Under the pieces are notes generated by a model that was given only the letters and a program-made list of their open reading frames with translations, was not told the origin of the DNA and did not search any database. A DNA stretch of 53,950 nucleotides. It comes from a virus. Its lineage: Duplodnaviria; Caudoviricetes. Below are positions 1-8,055 of the stretch, piece by piece; position 1 is the first letter of the stretch; every line of letters starts with the position of its first letter. The position numbers were made by a program, and so were the translations under genes. The stretch is taken from positions 1-53,950 of the IMG/VR virus record IMGVR_UViG_3300047586_000088; one strand, given 5' to 3'.

Positions 1-127
1 GTCGGCGCCGCAGCGCGGGCAGAGGCCGGCCTGGTGGTACTTGGCGGATACCCGCTCCGACCGGGGAAACACCGCCTTGCAGGCCATGCAGCCAATATCG
101 GTGGGGCCGATGCGCCGGGCGAGGATG
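1..127. repeat. Terminal direct repeat copy 1 (circular assembly overlap)
   Basis: 1-127 is identical to 53824-53950; 127 nt matches a common assembler k-mer; an ORF continues across the join. Confidence 0.97.
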
Positions 128-213
128 CAGAGCGGCGAGTTGTCGTCGTCATCTCGGTCGTCGATCAAGCGGAGTAGCCGCTCGTGTAGGCGTTGCTGAG
201 CCTCGATAGTCAC
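1..213 (-). CDS. 5' part of a junction-spanning zinc-ribbon protein (MTIEAQQRL...), continuing at 53823 downwards
   Basis: AGGAGG RBS then GTG at 213; reads in frame into ORF 53479..53910 with CMAC...CPRC motifs. Confidence 0.7.
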   Translation of the reverse strand, partial: MTIEAQQRLHERLLRLIDDRDDDDNSPLCILARRIGPTDIGCMACKAVFPRSERVSAKYHQAGLCPRCGAD

Positions 214-260
214 TGGCTGGCCTCCTGGCGCTGGCTGAACTCGACTGCTCGCCGGGGACG

Positions 261-292
261 GAAAGGCCCCTCGCGTGGGTGCCACGAGGGGC
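261..292 (-). terminator. Putative hairpin terminator/attenuator after the RHH gene
   Basis: GCCCCTCG...CGAGGGGC stem followed by a short CTTTC on the minus strand. Confidence 0.4.
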
Positions 293-293
293 G

Positions 294-503
294 CTAGGCT
301 GCTGAGTCGGAGGTGTTCGCTTGGGCGTCGCCAGCCGTCGCCGTGACGTCACTGTCAGTCACTTTTCGGTGCAAAAAGTAGAGCTTCAGGGCCCGCCGGA
401 TGATCGAAGAGACCGAGGAGGCCTCGTAGTCGGCCAGCCTGGTAAGCTCGTCGTCCATCTCCGGCGGGATCGAGACTGTGGTGACTCGGCTTCGCCTGCT
501 CAC
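294..503 (-). CDS. Ribbon-helix-helix (CopG/Arc-like) regulator, in the Cro position
   Basis: TTVSIPPEMDDELTRLA...SVSSIIRRAL fits the RHH pattern; GGAGGTG RBS; divergent from the repressor. Confidence 0.85.
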   Translation of the reverse strand: MSRRSRVTTVSIPPEMDDELTRLADYEASSVSSIIRRALKLYFLHRKVTDSDVTATAGDAQANTSDSAA

Positions 504-525
504 GCCTCACCTCCTGATGTCACTG

Positions 526-554
526 ATGGTAACACCATTGTGGATACTTGTCAA
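526..554 (-). promoter_or_regulatory. Sigma70-type early promoter
   Basis: TTGACA-17 nt-TACCAT with an extended TG. Confidence 0.8.
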
Positions 555-608
555 TACACTTCAGGGTCAACATTTGTTAATCTGAGTCACGGCCTGAGGG
601 GGATCGCC

Positions 609-854
609 GTGACTCTTGGTAGCAGGATCAGGGAGCTGCGTAAAGGGCTCCACATGACTCAGGAAGAGCTTGCTGAGAAGGTCGGCCTGGACCGCTCCTA
701 CATCAGTCAGATCGAGACAGCTAAGAAGGATGCCCCCTCCCTAGATGTAGTGGCGTCCCTTGCCCGCGCGCTCGAGACGACCCCGGAAGACCTGTTTAGG
801 GCCATGGTCGGGACCTCGGAGCGTCAAGCTGACGACGACTCGACGCCAGGCTAG
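609..854 (+). CDS. XRE-family HTH repressor (HTH only, probably C-terminally truncated)
   Basis: LGSRIRELRKGLHMTQEELAEKVGLDRSYISQIE is a classic HTH_3 motif; GTG start at 609. Confidence 0.9.
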   Translation: MTLGSRIRELRKGLHMTQEELAEKVGLDRSYISQIETAKKDAPSLDVVASLARALETTPEDLFRAMVGTSERQADDDSTPG

Positions 855-1387
855 CCCGGATCCGCAACCTCTACGGCTGGGGCGACCTCGGCGAGCGGGA
901 GTACCTGACGGAGCGAGAGGACATCCAGCGCCGCCTCGGAGCGTTGCAGCCGCCGGCGGTGCAGCGGCGCAACCTCGAGACGCTGGCTCAGCTCGCGCGG
1001 TCGGCTCACGTGGTCTGGACGAGCGCGCCCACGGAGCGACATAAGCTGCTCGTGCAACTCGTCGAGCGGATCGTCGTGAGAGACGGAAAGGCCGTGGCTG
1101 TTACGCCACGGCCCCTCCTCCACGACTTGCTTCCCGGCTGGGAAGCCTCGTCATGGTGCTGCGGAAGCGACGGGGATCGGTGCCCCACGGCCATGATTCG
1201 CCGAGGGAATCCGCCTGAGGCGGACACGGCCCCGCGCTATTCGGTGCCTCACAACCTCCTACCCGAGCACGAGCTCCGCGCGATCGCCGAGAGCGCACGG
1301 CGGGGGAGCATCTCGGGAGCGGCGAGGGAGCATCGGGTGGCCCGGCAGACGGTGAGGCGGGCACTGGCACTATTCGGTGCCAAATGA
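833..1387 (+). pseudogene. Orphan C-terminal fragment of a large serine recombinase (integrase)
   Basis: Open frame after TGA 830-832 reads RRLDARLARIRNLYGWGDLGEREYLTERE...LLVQLVERIVVRDG...GSDGDR, typical of an LSR coiled-coil tail; no catalytic N-terminus seen. Confidence 0.7.
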
Positions 1388-1420
1388 AAGAGGCCGACTC
1401 TTTCTCAAGGAGTCGGCCTC
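1388..1420. terminator. Hairpin terminator between convergent genes
   Basis: GAGGCCGACTC/GAGTCGGCCTC 11-bp perfect stem; T-run on the minus strand. Confidence 0.75.
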
Positions 1421-1438
1421 GGGACGGAAGGGGAAGGG

Positions 1439-1642
1439 CTAGGCCTGCTTGTACAGGAACCGCAAACTGACCACACGGCGCACCCGCCCGCCGAACTGGT
1501 TGACGTATTCAACGTTGGCCTTGTCACCCCTTACGCCCCGCACGGTTGCCTGGACCTGGTAACTTTGGCCGTAGCCCGCCATGCTTCGGCAATCGTAGGT
1601 CAGCACGTCCCCCTCGTGGACCTCGCCGTCGATGATCTGCAT
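1439..1642 (-). CDS. Small hypothetical protein (beta-rich)
   Basis: RBS GGAGGGAG upstream; operon position. Confidence 0.7.
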   Translation of the reverse strand: MQIIDGEVHEGDVLTYDCRSMAGYGQSYQVQATVRGVRGDKANVEYVNQFGGRVRRVVSLRFLYKQA

Positions 1643-1654
1643 TGCTCTCCCTCC

Positions 1655-1897
1655 TCATGCGACCAGGCCCAACTCGCGGGCGGTCCTCAAGATGTAGGCA
1701 GGGATCGGCCAGTCGTGCGACCCGTTGAGATATTGACCGACGTTGCTGGCGGAGCACCCGCATTCGCGGGCAAAGGCGGCGTAACTGAGTCCGTGCGCCT
1801 TGAGTGCCAGTCGGAGCGCGACCCGCTGACAGGTCCACTCGGTCACGGCCCGAATCCAGTCGGCTCGCTGCTCGGCTTCTGTCTGTGAGCGGATCAT
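1655..1897 (-). CDS. Cro/C1-type HTH protein
   Basis: GLSYAAFARECGCSASNVGQYLNG HTH motif; ATG at 1897. Confidence 0.75.
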   Translation of the reverse strand: MIRSQTEAEQRADWIRAVTEWTCQRVALRLALKAHGLSYAAFARECGCSASNVGQYLNGSHDWPIPAYILRTARELGLVA

Positions 1898-1898
1898 C

Positions 1899-2096
1899 TC
1901 AGCACCCCCACGAGAGGCTGGCGAGCTCGGCGGTGAGCATCTGCAACTCACGCTCGCAGAGTTCGACCTCTGCGGTGTCGTGCTCCCGCTCCGCCCTGTC
2001 GAGGTCCTCGGCGACCATCTGGGCGGTGTCGAGGATGACGAGCCGCTTGGCGGCGTTCGACAGGGGCTTGACGGCGATTCTCTGCTCGGCGATCAT
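1899..2096 (-). CDS. Small acidic helical hypothetical protein
   Basis: AGGAGG RBS before MIAEQRI. Confidence 0.65.
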   Translation of the reverse strand: MIAEQRIAVKPLSNAAKRLVILDTAQMVAEDLDRAEREHDTAEVELCERELQMLTAELASLSWGC

Positions 2097-2171
2097 CTGT
2101 GTGGCCCTCCTGGGGCTGTGCGGCCCGCTCTCGTTTTGCTGGCGTGGGGCGGGCCGCTCCTCTATGCCCAT

Positions 2172-2326
2172 ATACTAACCCTGCATATGCAGCGTGTCAA
2201 GAGGTTTGGTATGATGATCCTTGATACTGCATAGGCAGTTTGCCCCTAAACGGGCCCCCTGCATTGGCAGTTATCAGGGATCATCATAGGTCGGCTCTTG
2301 ACTAGAGACTGCGTATGCAGTAGTCT
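2172..2326. promoter_or_regulatory. Divergent promoters with four palindromic operators (CTGCATATGCAG-like)
   Basis: Minus: TTGACA(2200-2195)-17-TAGTAT. Plus: TTGACT(2298)-17-TAGTCT. Operators at 2181, 2227, 2259 and 2309. Confidence 0.8.
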
Positions 2327-2358
2327 AGGGGTGTCAGAGAGAGCCAGGAGAAAACGAG

Positions 2359-2607
2359 ATGGTACGGATCGAGAACGGCAGGCCAGTCACAGAGGGAATG
2401 AGTTTCACCAAGTGCGCGGTCCGGGGCAGCATCGCATTCGGTCAGCGAACGGTTTACCTCGGCGACGGGATGATCTGCAAGGTTCTCGACGATGAGCCCC
2501 TGCTCGGCGGTCCGAAGTTCGCCTGGGCTGATCTCGACGAGTCGGCCTATGCCACGCTGGTGCGGCAGAACCTCACGACGATTGGCGTCCGAATCGAGTA
2601 TCAATAG
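2359..2607 (+). CDS. Small hypothetical protein
   Basis: AGGAG RBS; first gene after the plus-strand promoter. Confidence 0.75.
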   Translation: MVRIENGRPVTEGMSFTKCAVRGSIAFGQRTVYLGDGMICKVLDDEPLLGGPKFAWADLDESAYATLVRQNLTTIGVRIEYQ

Positions 2608-2641
2608 TAACCCCGAGACCTAGAACAGAGAGGGAGAGCAG

Positions 2642-2965
2642 ATGGAAACCACAATCGAGCGCGTGATCATCATCACTGTCCGCGTCACGGAGACCAGTCT
2701 CGGCGATGAGGTGGCTACCGATCCAAACCGCGACGCGATGTACGAGGCATACTGTGACGAGTACGCGAGCGATCTCCAGACTGAGTATCCTGAGGCCAGC
2801 GTGGTCGTGGTCGTCGCTCCTCACGGTCAACTCCAGGAGGTCATTGAGGTCGCGGTCGATCCCTACGATGGCAGTCACGAGGCTTACACCCGCTGGGAGC
2901 AGGTGAGGGTTCGCGTGCAGGGCATCGGCGAACAGGTATTCGAGCGCGGCAGTTGGGTACGCTAG
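2642..2965 (+). CDS. Small highly acidic hypothetical protein
   Basis: GAGGGAG RBS; D/E-rich. Confidence 0.8.
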   Translation: METTIERVIIITVRVTETSLGDEVATDPNRDAMYEAYCDEYASDLQTEYPEASVVVVVAPHGQLQEVIEVAVDPYDGSHEAYTRWEQVRVRVQGIGEQVFERGSWVR

Positions 2966-3171
2966 TGCCTGACACGATCCCCGAGCACAAGCGCTGGATT
3001 CGCAAGCGGCCCAACGTGGTCCTGACCCTCGCCCCCAGCACGAGCAAACTGCTGGGGGCCATCGCCGTGCGTCTCGGCGTCAAGCGGTCTCACGTGGTTG
3101 AGCGTCTAGTCATTGACGAGGCCCGCCGCCTCGGCCTCGCCCAGGCGCCCCAGGAGGAGGCAGCACCATGA
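2965..3171 (+). CDS. RHH-like small DNA-binding protein
   Basis: VVLTLAPSTSKLL...LGVKRSHVVERLV; GTG overlaps the upstream stop. Confidence 0.6.
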   Translation: MPDTIPEHKRWIRKRPNVVLTLAPSTSKLLGAIAVRLGVKRSHVVERLVIDEARRLGLAQAPQEEAAP

Positions 3172-3401
3172 TCGTCGATCGACCAGTCAGCGATTACCCT
3201 GACCTGCACCGCGACTTCGGCTGGGCGCTCGGGATCCACCGCGCTCCCGCCGGCTACCAGCACCACTGGCTTGTGGTAACGAGGGGCGCCACGTTCGGGG
3301 CGTGGACACGGGCAGAGGCTCGCTCGATCTGGTGGCACTCTGAGGATTACCAGTGGCCACTCGCGCCCCAGGCGTCCCGAGAGGAGGGACAAGATGGCTA
3401 G
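3168..3401 (+). CDS. Hypothetical protein (Trp-rich)
   Basis: ATGA overlap; GGAGG RBS within/adjacent to the repeat. Confidence 0.7.
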   Translation: MIVDRPVSDYPDLHRDFGWALGIHRAPAGYQHHWLVVTRGATFGAWTRAEARSIWWHSEDYQWPLAPQASREEGQDG

Positions 3402-3798
3402 CTATCGGTTTGCCAGAGAATACCTTGAAGAGGCCAGGCGAGCACTGCATCTCGCCGCCTCAGAGTTGCTGGCGTTGGAGCAATTCGAGAGCGCCATTCG
3501 GCTCACACAGGCGAGCCAGAACATTGCCGAGATGCGCAATCAGTATGCTAGGGCCGCCAAGGACGAAGGCCCAGAGAAGCCGAACTCTGAGGAGCTAAAC
3601 CTCGGCGACCGCGGCCCCGACGACTCCGGCCAGGCGCCACAGGAGGGCCGCGACTCCTCGGCACGGGCGACGCTCGAGCGAGTGCCCACGCTCATCGATC
3701 CCCTGATCCACCGAGTGGTTGAGGAGATCGACTACTACAGCACGTCTGACGAGGCCCAGGCGCCCCAGGAGAAAGAGAGCGATGCAGCGAACGGTTGA
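3394..3798 (+). CDS. Hypothetical protein with an internal repeat-bounded module shared with gene 35909..36319
   Basis: RBS; ATLERVPTLIDPLIHRVVEEIDYYST module. Confidence 0.75.
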   Translation: MASYRFAREYLEEARRALHLAASELLALEQFESAIRLTQASQNIAEMRNQYARAAKDEGPEKPNSEELNLGDRGPDDSGQAPQEGRDSSARATLERVPTLIDPLIHRVVEEIDYYSTSDEAQAPQEKESDAANG

Positions 3799-3994
3799 CG
3801 ACGCACGTCGCGAATGCATGGAGGAACTCCGAAGGCGAGCCATCCTGCACGAGCGCCAGGGCTGGTTTCATGCGGGCGACGTGCTGGCGAAGGCCAAGGC
3901 CGAGGCCTACCTGGATGCCGTCGAGGTCGTCCAGACGTGCTTCGCTGGCCTCGATCAGGCACCCCAGGAGGGAAGCGATGGCCTCGGGAGTTAA
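3782..3994 (+). CDS. Hypothetical protein
   Basis: ATG 3782 follows a repeat copy; ends near QAPQE. Confidence 0.65.
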   Translation: MQRTVDDARRECMEELRRRAILHERQGWFHAGDVLAKAKAEAYLDAVEVVQTCFAGLDQAPQEGSDGLGS

Positions 3995-4184
3995 CCGTCG
4001 CCCTGTTGTCAAGCGCCCCCCAGTCGTGCTCGTCTGCGAGGCCTGCGGACACGAGGGATGCAAGGCGGACCTGATCGACGATCCCGATTGGTGGGCGATC
4101 ATCACCTGCCCAGCCTGCGGGCACGTCAGGATGATCGGGGCCAAGACCGAGTGGGCGAGAGAGCGGCTGGCGGAAACGCCCTAA
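3978..4184 (+). CDS. Small zinc-ribbon protein
   Basis: CEAC...CPAC; ATG follows the repeat RBS. Confidence 0.7.
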   Translation: MASGVNRRPVVKRPPVVLVCEACGHEGCKADLIDDPDWWAIITCPACGHVRMIGAKTEWARERLAETP

Positions 4185-4194
4185 TGCAAGAGAA

Positions 4195-4225
4195 GCCCGG
4201 CCCGTGCGCCGCACACGAGCCGGGC
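4195..4225. terminator. Hairpin terminator between convergent operons
   Basis: GCCCGGCCCGTG/CACGAGCCGGGC stem; TTCTCTT on the minus strand. Confidence 0.65.
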
Positions 4226-4291
4226 CCCCGAGGAGTACGCAGAGGCTGGGAGGTGGCAGCCCTGCGTCTTGCCGCTCTCCAGCCGCCTGCC

Positions 4292-5755
4292 CTAATACGA
4301 TTCTCGCCAATGCAGTGCGACGATCACGAGGTCCTGGCTGTCGATCACCCCGTCCTGGTTGACATCGGCCCGGATCCAGCCAGGCGGCCCCGTCTCCAGC
4401 CAGTGCGCGTCGACGGCCTCCACGTCGGCCACATCCACGCGGTAGTCGCCGTTCACGTCCCAGGCGGGCGGCGTCGGCGTGGGACTCGGGGTGACTGTTG
4501 GAGTCAGCGTCGGCGTGTTGGTCGGTGTGGGACTCGGAGTATCGGTCGCGGTAGCCGTCGCCGTTGGAGTCGCCGTGTAGGTCGCGGTCGGGCTCGGTGT
4601 CGCGGTCAGCGTCGGCGTGAACGTAGGCGTTGGCGGCGTGGGCACGGTCGTCGGAGCGGGCGTGCTCGTCACCGTGCGGGTCGGGGTCGGAGTAGTCGCC
4701 ACTCGCCAGGTCACGGTGAGCCGAGGGGCGTTGGCCGCTGAGCCCTCGTAACTCGTGACGAACTTGCGTGCCCAGGTACCGCCCGAACCCTTGAGGACGA
4801 GCGAGAGGGCGTTGCCACTCTGCCAGTCGGCGCGGTTGACGACCTCCTGCACGACCGCTGGCATCTCACCCAAACTGTGCCAGGTGCCCGCGAGCCACTG
4901 GGAACCGTCGCTGAACGTCAGGCTCATCGTGCCGAGCGTCCGCTGTGACGGCTTGCTGGTCGTCGAGAACGCAGCACTGTTGCCCGATGCCTCAGCTCGG
5001 AGCACGAGCGATGTCGAGATCCAGCTCGCGGCGGGCTGGTAGACGTCGAGGTGCGCCGAGGTGATGACCGCACCCCGTGGGACTATGACGCCCTGGAACC
5101 TGACGCCCGTGTAGCCTGCCGTCGTCGACGATGCATTGCCAATCCAGACGGTCGAGCCGCCAGCGGTGAACGTCGTACCGTCCTCGTTCACGTCGTCCGC
5201 GCCCGAGGCAACCTGGAACGTGCCGAGCAGATCGCTGCCAGAGGGGGTCGGAGTGGCCGTCGGTAACACGGTCCGTGTCGGCGTGGGCGTCGAGGTGCGG
5301 GTCGCCGTCGGCAGGACGATCGGCGTCGGGGTGAGCGTCGGTATTCGAGCATCCGGGTAGTCGTAGCCGATCACTGAGGCCGTAAACTGCTGGTCCGCTG
5401 AGACGACGACGGTGCCGCTGAACGGACTCGGGATCTGCGCCATGTCGGCGACGTGGTACTGGTTGTTCGAGTTGGGTGGCAGCGAGTCCTCGAACTGGTA
5501 AACGGGATTGCCGCCGGCGTCCTTGAACGTGTGCAGCACGGCCAGCGCCGTCGTGTTGCCGTTGTAGACCGAGTACACGGTCTCCGCCCCAGAACCCGGC
5601 GTCGGCACGGCGTCGATCGCCGCCACGGGCACCACCTGAAAGGCGCGGTCTGGCTGGAACGTTGCCCCCGCGAGGCTCGGTCGGAGCAACAGCGCGAGGG
5701 CAATCAGCAGCGCCACAATCACCAAGGCGAGGACGTGATAGCGGCGGAGGGTCAT
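4292..5755 (-). CDS. Secreted/membrane-anchored protein with Thr-Pro linkers and a C-terminal dockerin-like domain
   Basis: N-terminal hydrophobic signal; PT repeats; [12 protein letters not shown]...[12 protein letters not shown] duplicated EF-hand-like dockerin motif. Confidence 0.85.
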   Translation of the reverse strand: MTLRRYHVLALVIVALLIALALLLRPSLAGATFQPDRAFQVVPVAAIDAVPTPGSGAETVYSVYNGNTTALAVLHTFKDAGGNPVYQFEDSLPPNSNNQYHVADMAQIPSPFSGTVVVSADQQFTASVIGYDYPDARIPTLTPTPIVLPTATRTSTPTPTRTVLPTATPTPSGSDLLGTFQVASGADDVNEDGTTFTAGGSTVWIGNASSTTAGYTGVRFQGVIVPRGAVITSAHLDVYQPAASWISTSLVLRAEASGNSAAFSTTSKPSQRTLGTMSLTFSDGSQWLAGTWHSLGEMPAVVQEVVNRADWQSGNALSLVLKGSGGTWARKFVTSYEGSAANAPRLTVTWRVATTPTPTRTVTSTPAPTTVPTPPTPTFTPTLTATPSPTATYTATPTATATATDTPSPTPTNTPTLTPTVTPSPTPTPPAWDVNGDYRVDVADVEAVDAHWLETGPPGWIRADVNQDGVIDSQDLVIVALHWRESY

Positions 5756-6183
5756 AATGGAGGCTCCTGCCCCAGGATTTGATTCGCCTCTTGGACGGCA
5801 TCAGAGACTGTCAGCCGTGCCTCGGGTTCCTCTGGTAGGTTCGTCTCCACCCGACCGTATCGCTGGCGCAGATCCTGAATCTCCGCGTCGAGCGTCAGAG
5901 CCGGTTGCTCCGGGTGCTGCGCCTGAAGCTGCTTCGCCGCGTTGTAGACGAACCGAAGCATATCTGGCGCCTTGTCCGGTGTGGAGCCGCCACTGTTACA
6001 GTGACCCGCCCAGCGCTCAGCCCAAATGACCAGCGCACGAAGGGTCTGCCAGTTGACTCGGACGGCTACATTGTCCTGGATTCGGACGGGAGGGTATCTC
6101 GTTCCACAGTTCGGGCAGGTGCTCAGGCCGTCGAAACTAGCCACCTCGTGATTACAGATCACGCAACGTCCCACGTTAACCAC
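5752..6183 (-). CDS. Hypothetical protein with N-terminal zinc ribbon
   Basis: CVIC...CPNC; GGAGG RBS. Confidence 0.7.
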   Translation of the reverse strand: MVNVGRCVICNHEVASFDGLSTCPNCGTRYPPVRIQDNVAVRVNWQTLRALVIWAERWAGHCNSGGSTPDKAPDMLRFVYNAAKQLQAQHPEQPALTLDAEIQDLRQRYGRVETNLPEEPEARLTVSDAVQEANQILGQEPPL

Positions 6184-6194
6184 GACCGGCCTCC

Positions 6195-6539
6195 TCAGCC
6201 CTGAGGCGGCGGAGGCATCGGCGCTACCTGCACCTTCGCTGCTGCGGCCGCTTGCATCGGCTCGACGACAGCGTTCCGAGCTCCCGACCAGATCCCGCTG
6301 GCGGCGAAGCCAGAGAGCAGCCCGTAGAGGATAATCGTCGCGGGCCGGGCGTCCGCCGCTTGCAGGAACGCGAGCAGCAGCCAGTTCCAGCCGATCCCGC
6401 AGATGAGCGCGATCACGGGACGCACCCGCTTGTCGAGTGCGTCTGGTAGTGCGAGCGCGTTGCAGAGTACGAAGACGAGCGCCACGGTGGCACCAGCTCC
6501 ACCTAGCCCGATAAGCCCTGAAAGCTGGGTCGGGTCCAT
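6195..6539 (-). CDS. Holin
   Basis: Three hydrophobic segments, GLLSGFAASGIW motif, near the endolysin. Confidence 0.8.
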   Translation of the reverse strand: MDPTQLSGLIGLGGAGATVALVFVLCNALALPDALDKRVRPVIALICGIGWNWLLLAFLQAADARPATIILYGLLSGFAASGIWSGARNAVVEPMQAAAAAKVQVAPMPPPPQG

Positions 6540-6721
6540 GTCAGCTCCTCCTCTTGGATCATTTCGTGGTCCGGATCCTCGATCGTGATTGGCTCACCGC
6601 AGCCGTAGCAGCGCACGAGGTCGCCCGAGCTGGCCTCCAGGTAGAGCGCTTCCCTGCAATGAGGGCAGGTGAGGGACCGCCACTCGAGAATCAGTCCTGT
6701 TGGCTCGTCATCCCCGCTCAT
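6503..6721 (-). CDS. Small zinc-finger protein
   Basis: CPHC...CYGC; ATGA overlap with the endolysin. Confidence 0.6.
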   Translation of the reverse strand: MSGDDEPTGLILEWRSLTCPHCREALYLEASSGDLVRCYGCGEPITIEDPDHEMIQEEELTWTRPSFQGLSG

Positions 6722-7536
6722 GGCAACCCGTGGAGCTGCCGCGGAAACGCGACCCCGTTGTTCCAGATCGTGTTCTTGGCCGCCTGAAGCACAGCGATCT
6801 GCGTATGTACCGCCTTCGCGCTCGCGGCAATCGTCGGGTCCGCCGGGTTCTTTGCCACCGCCGCGTCGAGCAGCGCCGCTGAACTGGTCAACCAGTCGAG
6901 GACGGTCTGAATCCTGTTCTCGGCGGCCTCAACCTGGCCGGTCAACTGCGCCATCTTTGCCTGCCCTGGGCAGGTCGTCGTCACTGGCGGCACGGTCAGC
7001 TCCTTAATCCTGGCATCCACCAGGCCCATGAAGTATGCCCAGTTCCACATCGGCCCCGGATCACTCTTGCCCCTCGACCAACCCGAGTAGGCGTCTTCGT
7101 GGCCGAGGATGCCTCGCCGTCGCACGATTGACGTGTATTGCTTGCCGAGGTAGACGGCGGGAAACTCGTACTTGATCGACCACCTGGCACAGATATCCGC
7201 TGTCGCCTGGTACTGGAAGTCGACGTAGCGTGTCATGTAAGTCGGCTGAGCGACCTCGACACCGCAGAACAGCGGGTTGTCGACTGTCTGGTTGTAGCAC
7301 TCGTCATCGTCGTGGATCATCCGAGTGACAGAGGTAGGCCCGACGACGAAGTGAGGCCCCTCGCCCGTCGGGTTCTGGTGACTGGCGAAGTTGACCGTGG
7401 CCTCGTAGTCGGCCTGGAGCGACGAGGTGCCGCCGCGAGTGCTGTGGATGAACACGCCGAAGGTCGCCCTCCGCGGTCCTCCGTGGTTAGGACTCGGGGT
7501 CCAGACGTGAGGCGCACTCGGAACGATATCTGGCAT
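6718..7536 (-). CDS. Endolysin, N-acetylmuramoyl-L-alanine amidase (Amidase_2)
   Basis: IHST, HFVV, GVE, GHED and KSDPG Zn-amidase motifs. Confidence 0.9.
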   Translation of the reverse strand: MPDIVPSAPHVWTPSPNHGGPRRATFGVFIHSTRGGTSSLQADYEATVNFASHQNPTGEGPHFVVGPTSVTRMIHDDDECYNQTVDNPLFCGVEVAQPTYMTRYVDFQYQATADICARWSIKYEFPAVYLGKQYTSIVRRRGILGHEDAYSGWSRGKSDPGPMWNWAYFMGLVDARIKELTVPPVTTTCPGQAKMAQLTGQVEAAENRIQTVLDWLTSSAALLDAAVAKNPADPTIAASAKAVHTQIAVLQAAKNTIWNNGVAFPRQLHGLP

Positions 7537-7548
7537 CTCTCCCTCCTC

Positions 7549-8007
7549 CTACTCCCGCCCGGCAATCTCCCTAGCCGGCGCCGGCGTCACGTCGGGGTCA
7601 TGCAGCTGCACGAGCCGCGGGCACGGCAGCGTGCGCCATACCTTGCAGTTGGCCTTGATGAGCGCCCGCTCCTGATCCTCGGAAAGCTGGATCACCGACC
7701 GATAGTGCTCGACCTCGCCCTCGAGCTTGACGACGCGCTTCCGCACCTCGTCGAGGTCGCTTCGGAGCCGCCGATTCTCCGCCCAGAGCGCGTTGACGTC
7801 GTCGCGATCGTCGTCGCGCTCCGAGGCTCGCTTCGTCGCCGCGACCGTCTGGGCCTCGACGACTGTCTTTTGCGACTCCGCCTTGGCCTCGGCGACTGCC
7901 TTCTGAGCCTCAGTCCTGATCTCCTCGAGCTTGCCGCGGAACGTGAGGTAGGCGACTGTGAACGTGGCGAGTGCTGTGATGATGGCTGCTACGATTACTG
8001 GCTCCAC
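7549..8007 (-). CDS. Membrane-anchored coiled-coil protein (lysis cassette)
   Basis: N-terminal TM followed by a long coiled coil. Confidence 0.75.
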   Translation of the reverse strand: MEPVIVAAIITALATFTVAYLTFRGKLEEIRTEAQKAVAEAKAESQKTVVEAQTVAATKRASERDDDRDDVNALWAENRRLRSDLDEVRKRVVKLEGEVEHYRSVIQLSEDQERALIKANCKVWRTLPCPRLVQLHDPDVTPAPAREIAGRE

Positions 8008-8055
8008 AGTGGTCTTCCCCTGGCGTGATGTGAGCTGCTATTCGGCGCCGAATCT

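Larger units (their letters stand above)
3142..3970 (+). repeat. Five 15-bp direct repeats, consensus CAGGCGCCCCAGGAG (QAPQE), at gene boundaries
   Basis: Copies at 3142, 3369 (degenerate), 3631, 3757 and 3956. Confidence 0.9.

Noticed and set aside
1-127. Biological terminal repeat of the virion DNA
   Set aside because: The length matches a typical assembly k-mer and it falls mid-gene; more likely a circular overlap.
1155-1182. tRNA-derived attP core (GCGGAAGCGACGGGGATCG)
   Set aside because: Only loosely resembles the reverse complement of a tRNA 3' half and lies within the integrase-remnant coding frame; cannot be supported without a host sequence.
3142-3970. CRISPR array interpretation of the 15-bp repeats
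   Set aside because: Spacing is 126-262 nt and irregular, the intervals are protein-coding genes, and no cas genes are present.
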